A DNA stretch of 64,000 bases. Origin: Epiperipatus broadwayi (taxonomy: Eukaryota; Animalia; Onychophora). Below the pieces are notes generated by a model that was given only the letters and a program-made list of their open reading frames with translations, was not told the origin of the DNA and did no database searches. Shown here piece after piece: positions 27,061-40,320 of the stretch (within the stretch, counting starts at the first letter, position 1; every line of letters starts with the position of its first letter). Location of the stretch: the NCBI GenBank assembly GCA_028023455.1, contig JAQFVV010000011.1, positions 868,001 through 932,000 of the forward strand, written 5' to 3'. The position numbers and the translations under genes are program-made.

Positions 27061-27127
27061 AGCAAATACGGAAAATAAAAAGTTCAATTACTTATACCAC
27101 TTTATCTTACCCAAGCTGTTTACACAG

Positions 27128-27222
27128 AGGCAAAACTCTATATACTAGCACCACTCAGTGCAAGCCAGAGTTTACTCCAGCTTACACTGAGCGGTGCTAT
27201 TATATGGAGAGGTTTGCCTCTG
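27128..27222. mobile_element. Family B minimal fold-back
   Basis: ggcaaaactctatatactagcaccactcagtg...cactgagcggtgctattatatggagaggtttgcc. Confidence 0.8.
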
Positions 27223-28261
27223 AGTTCAGTTACTTATATATTGAAATAGTTTATTTATCATGTGCAAGTCATTTTTTGATAACAATATGAAAGGTAGTTT
27301 ATTTTACAAAGTTTGGACAACAGTATTGATGACAAAAAACATCTATAAATGATTAACAAGAAAATTTGTTCTGTGAACTATGTAACAAAAATGTCAAAAA
27401 GAATGTAAATAATATATTTGTAAAAAGAAATGAGTATAGATTAAGTGAACATACAAAAATTGGGTTTTATGTTAGTTAGACAATTATAAGGATGATCTTA
27501 AAAACTAATATTATTCAATAGTTAAAGATAATGTTATAAAAATTGAATAGAATTAAATAGATTTGATGTTTTGGAAGCTATGTAAGTTAGATAATGACAA
27601 AGAGAGAAATTCCATGGCTAAAAAGTTTATTGGATGAGATTCCTGATTTCAACAAACGAAAAACCATACTATCACTGATCACATTTAAGTCAGAAAAAAA
27701 ATTGACAGTAAATAGATGAAGAGGTGACAGGGGAAAAAAGACTTCAAAAACAACCAGGTGTTTTCTTTGCTTACAGAATCAAATAACTTGCAAACCTGTG
27801 TAGATGTATAGAAGATTGCATTAAAAAATGATGTAAAATTTAATAAACCTATTTTTTAAGACAGCAAACAAATCAAAACAAGTGATATTATTTATTATTA
27901 TATTTGCTTTCCTACAAATACTTCTCAATTTACATATACATTATGTGTGTGTATATATGTATAATATTTTCTAGGTTTATGTGAGTGTAATTAATGATAA
28001 TATTCTACTGATATTTGTCTGAATTACACCTACCATCATCTGGGCAAAGAAAATTAAAAAATATTGTACTGATACCACTCTGTAAGCTATACATTGAACA
28101 ACATTAATTGTCCATTCAATCTAAAAAGAGAGAGATGTTAGTAAATGAATAAACTAGTATAAAATTAACATTTATTTTGATTAATTTTATATCATATTAT
28201 TCATTCATTATTATCTATCCTTCATATTTATTTATTTATTTTTTGCTTGGATAGACATTTA

Positions 28262-28362
28262 ACCTTTTTTTTTTCATGTGTCATAGTATCGGCCAGAAAG
28301 TAAACCTGCTAACCCGGGACAGCTGCTTATAAGGCGGCTGTGCTGATGTCTTGACCATCAAC
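28262..28362 (-). mobile_element. Short tRNA-derived SINE (family D)
   Basis: Reverse complement cagcacagccgccttataagcagctgtccccgggttagcagg...ggccgatactatgacacatg(A)n. Confidence 0.8.
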
Positions 28363-28731
28363 ACTAGACAGACATTTAACCTTGTTCCATGTATTTCTGC
28401 CAGTGCCTCTATGTTTTTAAATTACCCATGATGGCATGGACACTGTTAATTATACATGGATGAATCTAGGGAATATATGTTTTGTATCTACTACCCATAA
28501 AAATCTTCATTATAACAATGTATGCAATATATATATATATAGTCTCATCCTTTAAATATCTTTAATTCAAAACATGGGTTCAATTATCCAAAATTTAACT
28601 TGACAAATATTTTAAACTATATTAATTGTTCTTTAAATCAAATATTTACTCTAAATTATCTTTCATTAAATATTTCTATTTTAATATACTTATTTTAACT
28701 ACCACATAATAATACAATTATCCTCTTTATA

Positions 28732-28889
28732 ATAATCTGGACCAACTGATGAGTGCTGATTTAGCATGAAATATATATATTGGTGATTATTTATCTTTTC
28801 TACATGTGTGTGGTCATGTGTATCAGTTGTATGTGATAGTGTGGATAGTTGAAGGGTGCTTGAAAGTCTGAGTTCAAATCCCCTATATT
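28732..28889 (+). mobile_element. 5'-truncated family A copy with intact hammerhead at 28741-28784
   Basis: ACCAA-CTGATGA-GTGCT GATTT AGCAT-GAAA-TATATA-TA-TTGGT; palindromic ATATATAT stem III. Confidence 0.88.
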
Positions 28890-29792
28890 TATAATAAAAT
28901 AAAAAATATTTTTTTCTAATTTGACAAATAAGACAACAAATTTTTTAATAACATATGATAGAGTTAATAACAGACAAATAATTTTTTAAAAAATCACGCT
29001 TTTATAGGTGTTTGATCTACATATAAATATACTACAAAATAAAAATCACAATATTAATTAATAGAAATATTGCACAGTTATGCATGACAGTAATTCAAAC
29101 CAAGCATTAATTTGAGAAATATAGATATTACAGTTTTTTTATTATTTCAACACTAGCAAATCAATAAATTATTCTCTGAAAACACATAACTATACAGTAT
29201 AATAAAAACAATACATACCCCCAACACACAAACGTAACAGCTTTAATTTTACATAATAAAATTTTGTCTTCATGCCATGTTATCTCTTTTTTGTTATCAA
29301 TCTTTATTCATGATAAACAGTATAACTTTTTTTAAAATTCATATTTTCATAATCAGTCAGAAAACTGAATTATTATGAATATAGTTGAATTATATATGGC
29401 TATAACCCATAACACTCCATTTTACATCTTTTATTATTTATTTTAATCAATTACAATTTAAATCTTTTTAAATCAGTGCTTAAAGTTAAGGTTCGAACAA
29501 TAATTTCACTTTCAATTTCATAATCAGCTGAAGAATTAAAGCAGTATTATATATACATTATCATTCATTAGCATCTTGTATTTAGCAGATTCAGTTCAAA
29601 CTCTTTACTCAACATAAATGCACAAATCTACAGACTGAATAATAATTTCAATTTTAAATTAGCTTTGGCAATGGATGAATTTGAAGACCAGAATTCATCT
29701 TTTCCACCGGAGCGCTCTGTTTTGATCTAAATAACCTCACTTTTCTTTTTATAAAAATGATAAATGCTGATTTTTTTCTCTTCCTATTTATT

Positions 29793-30357
29793 AATACATT
29801 GTACAGACTTAAACCTGCATTTATATATGTAATATATGCGGAATTCGAACTCAGACTTTCACACGACCCACTACTCTCAGTACAATCTCGTATTGCTGAC
29901 CCGTCTGATCACACACATGTTGAAAAAATAAATAATCACCAATATACGTATTTCATGCTAAACCAGCAATCATCAGTTGGTTTAGATTACTATCTTCACA
30001 CATATATACAATCAGTGCTCAGCTTTATATTAAGATAGCCAATTTTCATACTTTAATGGACAGGTTTCAAACTATTCCAACTCACAACTCTTCAGTCTTC
30101 CATTTTATTGAAAATCTGATGATGGAACGTTCAAAGCCCTTGTTAGTGCCAAGGTGTGTCAGATTTTCAATAAAATGGAAGGCTGAAAAGTTGTTAGTTG
30201 GAATAGTTTGAAGTCTGTCCATTAAAGTATGAAGATTGGTTATTTTAATATAAAGCTGAGCACTGATTGTATATATGTGTGAGGATAGTAATCTAGACCA
30301 ACTGATGATTGCTGGTTTAGCATGAAATACATACATTGGTGATTATTTACCTTTTCC
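29793..30357. mobile_element. Family A inverted pair
   Basis: Minus copy 29793-30150 (hammerhead 29938-29981, intact) joined to plus copy 30157-30357 (hammerhead 30297-30340, TA changed to CA). Confidence 0.9.
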
Positions 30358-31407
30358 TATTTATAAATTTTTTTTTACTTACTTTAACCTGTTATCAATG
30401 CTAACCCTTAAACTCACACTGACTATCTTTTAAAAAAAAAAACATAAAAAGAACATAAGACATCCAACTTGTTTTTCCAAATTACGACATAATAAAATAG
30501 TCACAATAACGGCTTTCATTTAATGGCTTCTCACTATAGTGAAGCAGCTTATAAATTATGCATACACATAATTTTCAGCAATATGGATTAACATTTTAGT
30601 TCAAGAATTACACTGAGTGTCACTTCCTTTTCAGATTACATGTATTTGTATGACAACTTTGGGTATTTCCTAAACTTCACATAATTATTGACTATTGTGT
30701 TCCTTATAAACATATTTTTGTGTTAAAATATCCAACATATACATCTTTAAATTATGGTGTAAATTTTAAATAAAAATTTAAATACTTTCTTTTATCTTAT
30801 ATCTTTATAATCTATCAAATGCTACAACGATAAACATAATAATTCAATTTTTGTTTTAGTTCAAGTAAACATTATAACAACACAATTTCCTTTCCAAATC
30901 TTGTTTATTCTCAATCTGTGCCATTTCAATAATATTTTATAATTATTATCAGACATTTAATCATAAAATATGTATACTAACAGTATAGGTAGTTGTAAAT
31001 AAAATGACTTTTGATACTATTCATAAAATATAACTGAAATGTAAGAAATAAATATTGTTACAGGGTTAGGGATAAAAATGATTTAGTACAAAAATGTAGA
31101 GTATATGTCAGAATATTTGTTAAATATAATAGATTATATCAATTCTGGAATCTGAAATAGAATATTTTAGCTTACAAACATTGTCAACATATACACAATT
31201 AGTTGGCTTTCTTAAAAATATATTATTAGGCAATTTCTTTCAATATTACTTATTATTTTCTAAATCTTTACATTTTTCAATCAATATATTATTTAATTTT
31301 TTTGATGTCATATGAATTCTACTATTATGAATACATCCCATCATTGGATTAGAGCATGTAAAAGATTTCAAAAAAGACTTTTTATTTTACAGCGAACATG
31401 AGCACAG

Positions 31408-31513
31408 TTTTTCTTTTAAGTGTCATAGCATTGGCCGGGATGCGAACCCGCAACCCGAGTAACTGCCTGCAAGTGCAAGGCAGTCGTGCTGACCTCTCGA
31501 CCACCAATGCAAG
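31408..31513 (-). mobile_element. Short tRNA-derived SINE (family D)
   Basis: Reverse complement gcattggtggtcgagaggtcagcacgactgccttgcac...gcgggttcgcatcccggccaatgctatgacac. Confidence 0.85.
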
Positions 31514-32864
31514 ACTAAATAAACTTTACTTACATTATAAAAATTATGATTGATTGAGAAATTATGGTTAAACATAGAATATAACATAAATCTACAATTA
31601 AACAGGATGTGGAGTCTTTTTTTTTTTTTTTAATTGCTATAAGAAGTTAAAAACTGATGATACAAAGAAGTCAAATAAATAGACTAAAGGACTAGCATAT
31701 GATGGCAGATTTGCATTAAAATCAAAAGGGCTGATGCTTTTTACCCTTAAAATTAGAGGGAAGGGCATCAAATTTTCAAAAATATTATTTAAATTTTATT
31801 TTACGATTTATAAGTTGTACTTATTAAAACAACAAATTTATCACAATAGTGAATTTTTGTGCGTAGATTATATATATTTCAGCTGATGTACCAATTAGTT
31901 TGTTTTAAATATTATAACTTCAATTGTTTAAGTTGTGAACTATTTCATTATGTTAAAATTTTTTATGCCAAAATCACTTCCACAATGTTTTATTCTCGAT
32001 GTAATCTGAATTCAAATCAAAATAACATGAAGTTGTACAATATCTGCCTGCATCTAAGAATCACATATTGCATGTCAATATTCCATTCTTATGATGTTCT
32101 TTTAGATATATACTATGAGTGAATTAAATTGAAGTAGGTTTGCATTTTACCCTTTAGTTATAATTGCCATTTGAAATAGCATTGCAAGAGATGCCAGTGT
32201 AGAATAAATTGAATGTACTTGCAAATATTTGCGTCATTCATTCATCATTTTTATATCCTTATGTTATAAAAACTAAATAATCTCAAATTAGGCAAGATTT
32301 GCAATTTAAATGTTATTAATTCAGTTGTTCCGTAGAGTAGTGAAAATGACATCCATCTTTGTAAGGAACATTGATTCAAATACTGCCCTTCTAAATTTTC
32401 CTAATCCTTTAATTACTTTTTATTTCTGCTTTAAAACAAACACTGAGCGAATAGAATATACAAAGCTTGATATAATACATTTGCACACAACATTTAACTT
32501 CAATGTTTTGTGAAAAAAAATGACAACAGAAAAATTAAAGTACAGTATTCTCTGGTTCAAAAGGCAACTTTACAAATAAAGAGTGCAATAGTTGTGAATG
32601 AAACATACATCAATGTTAGCAATCAGGTTTTGAGCTTGACTTTTCTCATTAATTGATATCAAATAGTTTCTTTTAATATTACAAATATATTGCAGCAGAT
32701 GCAAACAATAGTTGTCCAAAGCAGTGAAGAGAAAGTACAAGAATGGCTAATAAAAAATGTGGAGTTAGGAATGTTCAACTAAAATCTGCCACTATGAGAG
32801 GACGGATTTGAATTTCATGGATTTATTTATATAGTCATTGCAAAATTTATTGTTAATTTTTAGA

Positions 32865-33130
32865 TATCAAAAGTGCTTGGCTTTGGGTTGGTATTTTTAG
32901 CTCTAGTGTCTGAAACTATCCTGGTATTTCTCTGAGGAGTGCCAAAGCACAAAACCATGGTCAGGGGTTTGGGGGGGGGTTCATGACAGAGATATTTTAA
33001 GTGCTGGCTCTGGTTTAAGCATTTATCACAAAGCTTGTTGAGGAATTGGCAATCCTCATTGTTTATAACTTACAAGCTTAAGAGAATAGGGTCATGTGAT
33101 CCATGACTCTTATTTTGACTATTTTTAGAT
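32865..33130 (+). mobile_element. Family C partial copy; hammerhead 32927-32967 with G12 mutated
   Basis: TTTCT-CTGAGGA-GTGC CAAA GCAC-AAAA-CCATGG-TC-AGGGG; ends gtcatgtgatccatgactc. Confidence 0.85.
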
Positions 33131-34020
33131 ATTCATTGTCTCACGTTTTTCCATCTGGAATAATGATGGTCACACCTGCTAATGAGGAGTATTTAAAAAA
33201 TAAATCAAGTTTGAAGACTGACAATCATCTTTCTTGGTCATAAAGATAACAATGTTTGATATATATACACATTTAAAATATACAGATGTGGAAACACAAT
33301 CATACAATCTCAATATCATGAGAGTGCTGAGACTATGGCAAGAGAAGCTCACAAGAGTGACTAAGGTGACGGAAGCTAGCAAGGTATAAAAAATGAAAAG
33401 AGAATGAGAGAAAGAATAATGATGATTTAGTTCAATGGTAGACTCTGAAATTCAGTGATTACGAATTGTGGCTCTGCCGATGTTTTCAGTATTCAGACTT
33501 CTTACGAACTCCCATACAATAAACTATTCAATAATTTTTTCTATTAATGAATTAAATTAAGAATATAACTTTCATTCACCTTTTATTTAATCATATATCT
33601 TTATAATCATCATACAAGTCACATATATCTTTTCCCCATCATTTCAATATCTCCCTCTTCTTTTCATTTCATAAAATTTGGTGATATTTATTTTTTCCAA
33701 CTTTTTTAAATTTTATTTGTATGTTTTTTTAAATTACTTACAATTTCTTCATACTAATTCCATTTTGAAGTTCTTGTTTTATAATCATATTAATAAGTAT
33801 AGCATAAAAATTACTTTTGTAGTGAAAGCCCATATACAAGTAAATTATAATTGTATTCATGATAAATTCCCAGAATTTTGTACCTGTCAGTTATAAACCA
33901 TGACATTCTTTAAAAATAGAGGAAGGATAAAATAGACTGGCCTTGATTTATTCTTTCAACTTCAATAATTGGCTTAAAAAATTAAGGAAGATCAGGAAAG
34001 CACCAAGTCTAATGCCAGTA

Positions 34021-34430
34021 TACAGGGCTGCTACATGTGGCTATGCAGATTCTATGGGCACAAACCATGTACCATAATCATTAATAAAATTTGTACATAA
34101 ATAAAAAATGTTTAGATTTCCCAATCACTCGATGATTAGAAACATTTCTGATTGTAAATATTTTTTTATTTAAATATGAGGATTATTTTTTACTTAATCT
34201 TATGACAATTTCTCAAAATAGATGACATATATATATATGAATTTTAATATATATATATATATTGATTTGAATATTACATATATATAAATTGCAATTGTGC
34301 TAAATCAAACAGATTGACAATATGTCACTGCAATATGCAAATAAAAATGTTTACATTTCCAAATTACTCTATTTAAATATCCTAACTTATATAAAAAATG
34401 ACACATTACTATAATTATGATAATTCTGCA
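34021..34430 (+). repeat. Unclassified dispersed repeat F, copy 2
   Basis: Diverged match to 9177-9590. Confidence 0.6.
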
Positions 34431-34675
34431 ATATGTCGGATAACAGACATATAGAAAGTAATTACATTTATCCATCATATTTTATAAATACTAGTGTAGT
34501 ATGTTTGGCTAATATGTCAGACTCTGAAATATCGGTTTTCAGGATTGATTCCAATATTGTCTCAAAACTTTTTGTTTTGATACTGATATTCTCCTTTTTT
34601 AATACCAATATAATTTTTATTTTGATACCAATATTGTCTTTCTTATTTTAATACCAATATATATTTTTTACATTT

Positions 34676-34800
34676 TACTAATCTGCTTTTCCTTGTATTT
34701 GGATTGTCACGGGATTTGTTACCTAACTAAAAACTCGTAATTGATTGATAATATTATCCTAACACATGACAGCCCAAATCCAAGGAAAACAGAATTAGCA
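34676..34800. repeat. C2-related fragment with inverted ends
   Basis: Middle resembles 10600-10670; ends taatctgcttttccttgtatttgg / ccaaatccaaggaaaacagaattag are complementary. Confidence 0.5.
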
Positions 34801-34833
34801 TGTATTTCTTCCTTTAAGTAACTGTAATATAAC

Positions 34834-35162
34834 TTATAAACAATTCAAAATACAGCAAAACTCTCCATATAGTAGTGCCATCTTGTGCTAACAAGAGCAA
34901 TCAATGGATGCCAGAAGGCTTGTGCATAAAATCCCTATCTAGTACCTACTCATCCAATATCCCCAGACTAGTTTCTGGCTTGTGGGGATATTGGATGAGT
35001 AGGTACTAGATAGGGATTTTATGCACAAGCCTTCTGGCATCCATTGATTGCTCTTGTTAGCACAAGATGGCACTACTATATGGAGAGTTTTGCTGTATTT
35101 TGAATTGTTTATAACAATTATTGTGCTAGTATGAGATAGTGATCATGTGATGTTTAGTGGTG
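34834..35162. mobile_element. Family B copy forming a perfect 132-bp-arm palindrome
   Basis: 34834-34965 is the exact reverse complement of 34983-35114 (17-nt spacer); sense arm continues to the family end gatgtttagtgg. Confidence 0.95.
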
Positions 35163-35329
35163 TAATATAACTTCTTAACATCTAAATATTGATCTGTATA
35201 GCATGTATATAATAATGTATAGTATGTACAACATGACTAAATAATTATACTGAAATAATGAGCATATATGAAATTAAATTATAAAGTAATGCAGCTATTC
35301 TATTATTGAATAAATATTTGAGAAGCTAA

Positions 35330-35440
35330 TTCTGTTAATAGAAAACATAAACAAGTTGTGCATGAGAGATTCTGAATGAAACTAAGAATAACAAACAATA
35401 ATTATTTTTAACAAGCTAATTAACATGCTGGTTGGAATCA
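35330..35440 (+). repeat. Unclassified dispersed repeat I, copy 2
   Basis: Diverged match to 11085-11215. Confidence 0.5.
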
Positions 35441-36869
35441 AACTAGTTAAAGCTAATTGTTAATTGTTACATAGAAAATTTCTAAAAATTATTTTGTGAC
35501 TGCCAATGTCAGAAGAGTTAATATGTAAATAACAAGATAAAATTGTAAACAATTATTTATTGTTCTACTGTTTCTGTACCTTTCATTAATCAAAATTATA
35601 TAGAATTCATTTTGCTTTAATTTACAAATTTTATTTTATAGCACTGGAATTTAACTCATGCAAAAACACCTTTGACCTATGCAGTATCTCTGCCAGTATG
35701 CAATAAATGAAAGAAAGACAAAGAGGACGCATTTGCAGGGTGGTATTTAATAACAAATATTATTCTTGTATTAAAAAAGATATAAAATTACAAGCCTGTG
35801 GTTGGGCACTTACACAAACAAAAAACAAATATGGATTATTAGGTTCAACAGCATATATTATATTATTATTTCATAAACAGACATTAACCAACAACAAACA
35901 GCACCACTATTATAAACATGAAAAAAAAAAATCAAAATATATGCACTAATAATATTAGAGAAATGATCTTACAAAATACTTAAATTCATTAGATTATGTG
36001 GTCTACTCAATAATTAATAAAGTTTTAGGGCTTACAGCAATGTGACTTAAACTAATGAAGAAAGGTTAAAATACTGCCATTTCTTGAACTTTTAAACCAG
36101 TTTTTATATGATTTATTGGTCCATATGGCAAACAAACTAGGACTACCTTCAGAAGCCTCCTATTTCAGTAGCATTAGCTATAGGATCTCATATGTTTCTC
36201 AGTTCAAGGAAGAGATAAAAGAAGAGTCTCTCAATCAGTTTTCTCAATATGTAAATTATGTATATACAGTATTTATATCTTATTATGTAAAATTGTTTCT
36301 ATCATTTAAAAAGCAAATTACATAAATGCTCTTAAAAAAAAGGTGCAAAAAATAAAATTATGCAAATAGTTTTTAAAATGCAATTATATTTTCTTGAACT
36401 AAATGTCATTTAAATTATATTCTACATGCGATCTTTTTTTTTGTTTAAAAAAAAAAGCAATCACTATATAAATATACATGACGCACATAAAAAAAAAAAA
36501 TTGGGGTAGAAGAGGCAGTGTATTTTAAGGAGTCACAAATATCACCCCACAGTGTCACTAAAACATTTCAAGACGTAAAAGTTGAAAAGTGAAACTTATA
36601 CTGCCTTTCCACCATTTTGTAAATTCACAAGCACCAGATGTATCTATAAAATGCTTCACATTTTCAGACAGTGGGAAGGGGGGAGGTTATTACTTATAAA
36701 ACAAAATGAAAAAATCTGGGCGGAAAATTAAAATTTTAATTACATACATACTAAACAATTTTTCTTAATGGTACATTTAGTTATATATGAATACAATCTT
36801 TTTGAGACACAATGCCACTTTTCTTTTAATTATATTAAAGAATGTATATTATATTTGATGAACAGTTTA

Positions 36870-37235
36870 TTTCATCTGCAGTGCAGCCATCTGTAGTTTG
36901 AGACTTAGGAGATAACAAAATGCTCCAAAACTAGAGTAACAAGCTAAGCTACAATCCATGGACTTCGGAGTATTAAATAGTATTTTTTTAAATTTATTTT
37001 TAATTCTTGTTTGGCATATTCTAATCTTTTCTGAATCAAATATATCTCCTAGAACTACCCAATCCAAGAGATTATAAAAGACCCAGAAAGAGACCACATG
37101 TGAGATGGATGGATGAAATAAGAAAGTGTGCAGGGTGATGTGGAGAAGAGAAGCTAAAGATCGGAGAAGATGGATTGAACTTGGAGAGACCTTCATCCTG
37201 CAGTGGATTGATAATGGTTGATGATGATGATGACT
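36870..37235 (+). mobile_element. RTE-type LINE 3' fragment
   Basis: Translates with disruptions to RPHVRWMDEIRKCAG..WRREAKDRRRWIELGETFILQW, followed by a (GAT)n tail. Confidence 0.8.
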
Positions 37236-38920
37236 ACCTAATATTTAATGTGGCACACTTATAATAATCTTTTAAATTGCTATGATATAAGAACTCCTAA
37301 TCACCATTCAGATAATATTGTAACTCATAAAATGTCAAATTGTGTTAAAGGGGAGATTCTAACAATACCATATTATTTTGAATACAATGTACTATATATA
37401 GCATATACTGTTACATATTAACGTTTATATTCGTACAAATGCTTACATATAAGTGAAAACAAAAGAATAAAAAAAATTCTTTTTTTCCTATATTAAAATA
37501 CATGTTAACATTTCATTCCAAAGTTAGGTTAAGGGAACGCTATGAAAAAAAACAATCACAACTGATCATCATTTATTTAGCATATGGTATGAGCACATCA
37601 AAAACCCAACAAAACAGTTCTTAACCAATCAAGAGCTGCCTCCTCCAAGTTATGAAGACAAATAGGCCAACAGGACCCAAGTAAAATGGACACTACTTGC
37701 AAATATGTGCCATAGTTTGTGGTCTCCCAGACTCACGGTTTAGAGAGTCTATAAATCCCCACTTGTGTAACATATTGCCACATCATCATCATTGCTAAAA
37801 TCCTGTGTGGTGCAGTACAATGATAAAGCATCAAATTTGAGAATGGGTTCATGGATCATATAGCTTATTAGCTCTGTTCAGTGTTGGCCTGTCCATAAGG
37901 GCTGCAAGGTTGCACTCCCCCCTTCAGTGTAAAATTAATGTTTTTGTTTAATTATTATCATTCTTAAATGTGTATGTTAATTAAATTCCTATAGGTGTTT
38001 TACAAGAAGGATAAAAAAGTAAAAAAAGTATCTGCAATCTATTTGTACTAATTTTTTGTCTTGTTTAAATAAACACACTTTTTGTTTGTGCTCTGTCAGC
38101 TGGACAAAAGTTACAGCAGCTCAATGATACAACCGCACTGTCATAGTAAAACAAGTGTTCATAATCTTCTTGTACACGACTATTTACTTCGAAGATGCAG
38201 GTCATTTTTGTTTACATTTTCGATCACTGCCCCACCACTATGAAATTCTCATGGATTGCCAACAGACTGTTACATACAGTGCTCTAATGTCACATGACTT
38301 GCACAACAAATCATTTGATTATTTATCTGTTGATAATAGTTTGTCATGGCATGCTAAACTACAGCATTGTTTATTCAACCATCTCAATATTTTGTAAGCT
38401 AAATAATATTTTAAGCTAAATGAAAATCTTCAATCAGACATATACAGAAAAAAAATTTAAGATGCAAATTATATATATTTAATTTTAACATTACTTTTTT
38501 AATAAAGAATTTTTTTTCTTTGCATTTGATTTTTCTCTATAAATCTATCTATGGAAATACATATGAATGCATGCACGTTAAATTCTCTGCCTAAAGGCAG
38601 TAATTAATATTTAATCATTACTGGTAGAAGTTTGCCATTGCTTGCCACAATTTTACTATCTCAATTTTAAAGCTATGCCGAACTTGAATGAACTCTTATT
38701 AAACTGCCAGTGTCTTATTGTCTAGATCATCACACTTTTTTTTAAATTATTTATTTATATAAAATAAAAGCGTATATCACCATTTAAGTCCTATCGTCAA
38801 TTCTATAGTTCTATTAAGGTTTCTGCTATTTCTATTGGCTTTAATTATGTGTTAATACAGCAGTGATGAAGGTCACTACCACAAACAAATGTACATATAA
38901 AGGTCTAATTAAACACATTT

Positions 38921-39251
38921 ACAGATTTTCAATGAAATGGAAGGCTGAAGAGTTGTGAGTTGGAATAGTTTGAAGCCTGTCCATTAAAGTATGAAGATCG
39001 GCTATCTTAATATAAAGCTGAGCACTGATTGTACATATGTGTGGAGATAGTAATCTAGACCAACTGATGATTGCTGGTTTAGCATCAAATACGAATATTG
39101 GTGATTATTTATCTTTTCGACATGTGTGTGATTAGGCGGGTCAGCAATATGAGATGGCACTGAGAGTAGTGGGTCGTGTGAAAGTCTAAGTTCGAAACGC
39201 GCATATATTACATATATAAATGCAGGTTTTAAGCCTGTACAATGTATTAAT
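38921..39251 (+). mobile_element. Family A copy; hammerhead 39059-39102 with GAAA changed to CAAA
   Basis: High identity to the copy at 29793-30150; core G12 lost. Confidence 0.9.
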
Positions 39252-39553
39252 CTCTAAAAAAGAAATGAATGAATTTTGTAAGTGAATATTCAATGAGTAG
39301 AAATTTATTTATCAAAACGTGCATTTTTTTTAGTTTGGTTACCACTTGTAATAAATTTAGATTGTTAAAGGTTTACTTGTTGGACGATCATATCCCACAA
39401 AAACATAAATGCGTGTTTGTTTCATTTTCATTAAATAAAGTTATAGGTGGTTATTTTTCAAAATAAAAAAATCTTTATAAATTTAAATGGTGGAAGATAA
39501 TTTTTCACAAAAAAGCGTAAATCTGTGTTAATATACGTTTGTATCATTTTCAG

Positions 39554-39617
39554 TACTATTTTTCCAATAAATTTTGCCGACTAATATGTCTGAGAAATCT
39601 CACCACCAGACTAATAA
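39554..39617 (+). other. Candidate 64-nt exon
   Basis: Acceptor tttgtatcattttcag| and donor AA|gtaagt; ATG at 39586 would give MSEKSHHQTN; locally CpG-retaining. Confidence 0.35.
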
Positions 39618-39829
39618 GTAAGTGCCGAATAGGTATATTTATAAAATAAAATATTTATGTCATTTGTGTTAATACCTCTGTTTCACAGATACATATAAAA
39701 ATAATGAATGAAATTAGAAATATTAAATGTTAGTAATATGGCTTAATTTTTTTTAAAAACCACTTTCTAACCATATTTTAAATAGCAAACAAATAGCGTT
39801 TTCCTGAAAGTTTGTGATGATGGTGTTTT

Positions 39830-40320
39830 AGTTGTATTTATATGTTGAACTATTTCCATCATCTAATATGAGTATTGAATGTCTTTAGAAAAATTTAACT
39901 TTATTTAAATATTCCAAATACATTCAACTGTTAGTAATAGCACGCAGCTTAGTATAGGCACAACGTTTTGAGAGGTATTATTTCCCCATCTTCTTCAATT
40001 GTTGCTGGCCTGAACAGTGTCAGTACTAACATGGGAATCAAACCTGGACTCTTAGATTCTTGAGTATTGAATGTTAGAGCATTATCTTAAAAATTCAATA
40101 CTCAAGAATCTAAAGATCTGCTAATACTGTGTCACTGATCAGGTCAGCAACACCTGAAAATGAGAGTTCTTCCCTCTTGAAACATTGTGCATATACTAAT
40201 CTATGTGCTATTACTAACAGTTGAATATATTTTGAATATTTAAATAAAATAAAATATTTCTAAAGATATTTAATACTCATATTAGATGATGGAAATAGTC
40301 CAACATGTAAATACAAATTT
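39830..40320. repeat. Large diverged inverted repeat (MITE or fold-back)
   Basis: Arms of about 240 bp, e.g. tttccatcatctaatatgagtatt / aatactcatattagatgatggaaa and tagattcttgagtattgaa / ttcaatactcaagaatcta. Confidence 0.8.

Noticed and set aside
34834-35162. Family B as a classical TIR MITE
   Set aside because: Inversion points differ at every locus, arms are of unequal length, some copies wrap head-to-tail, a ribozyme is embedded and no TSDs were seen
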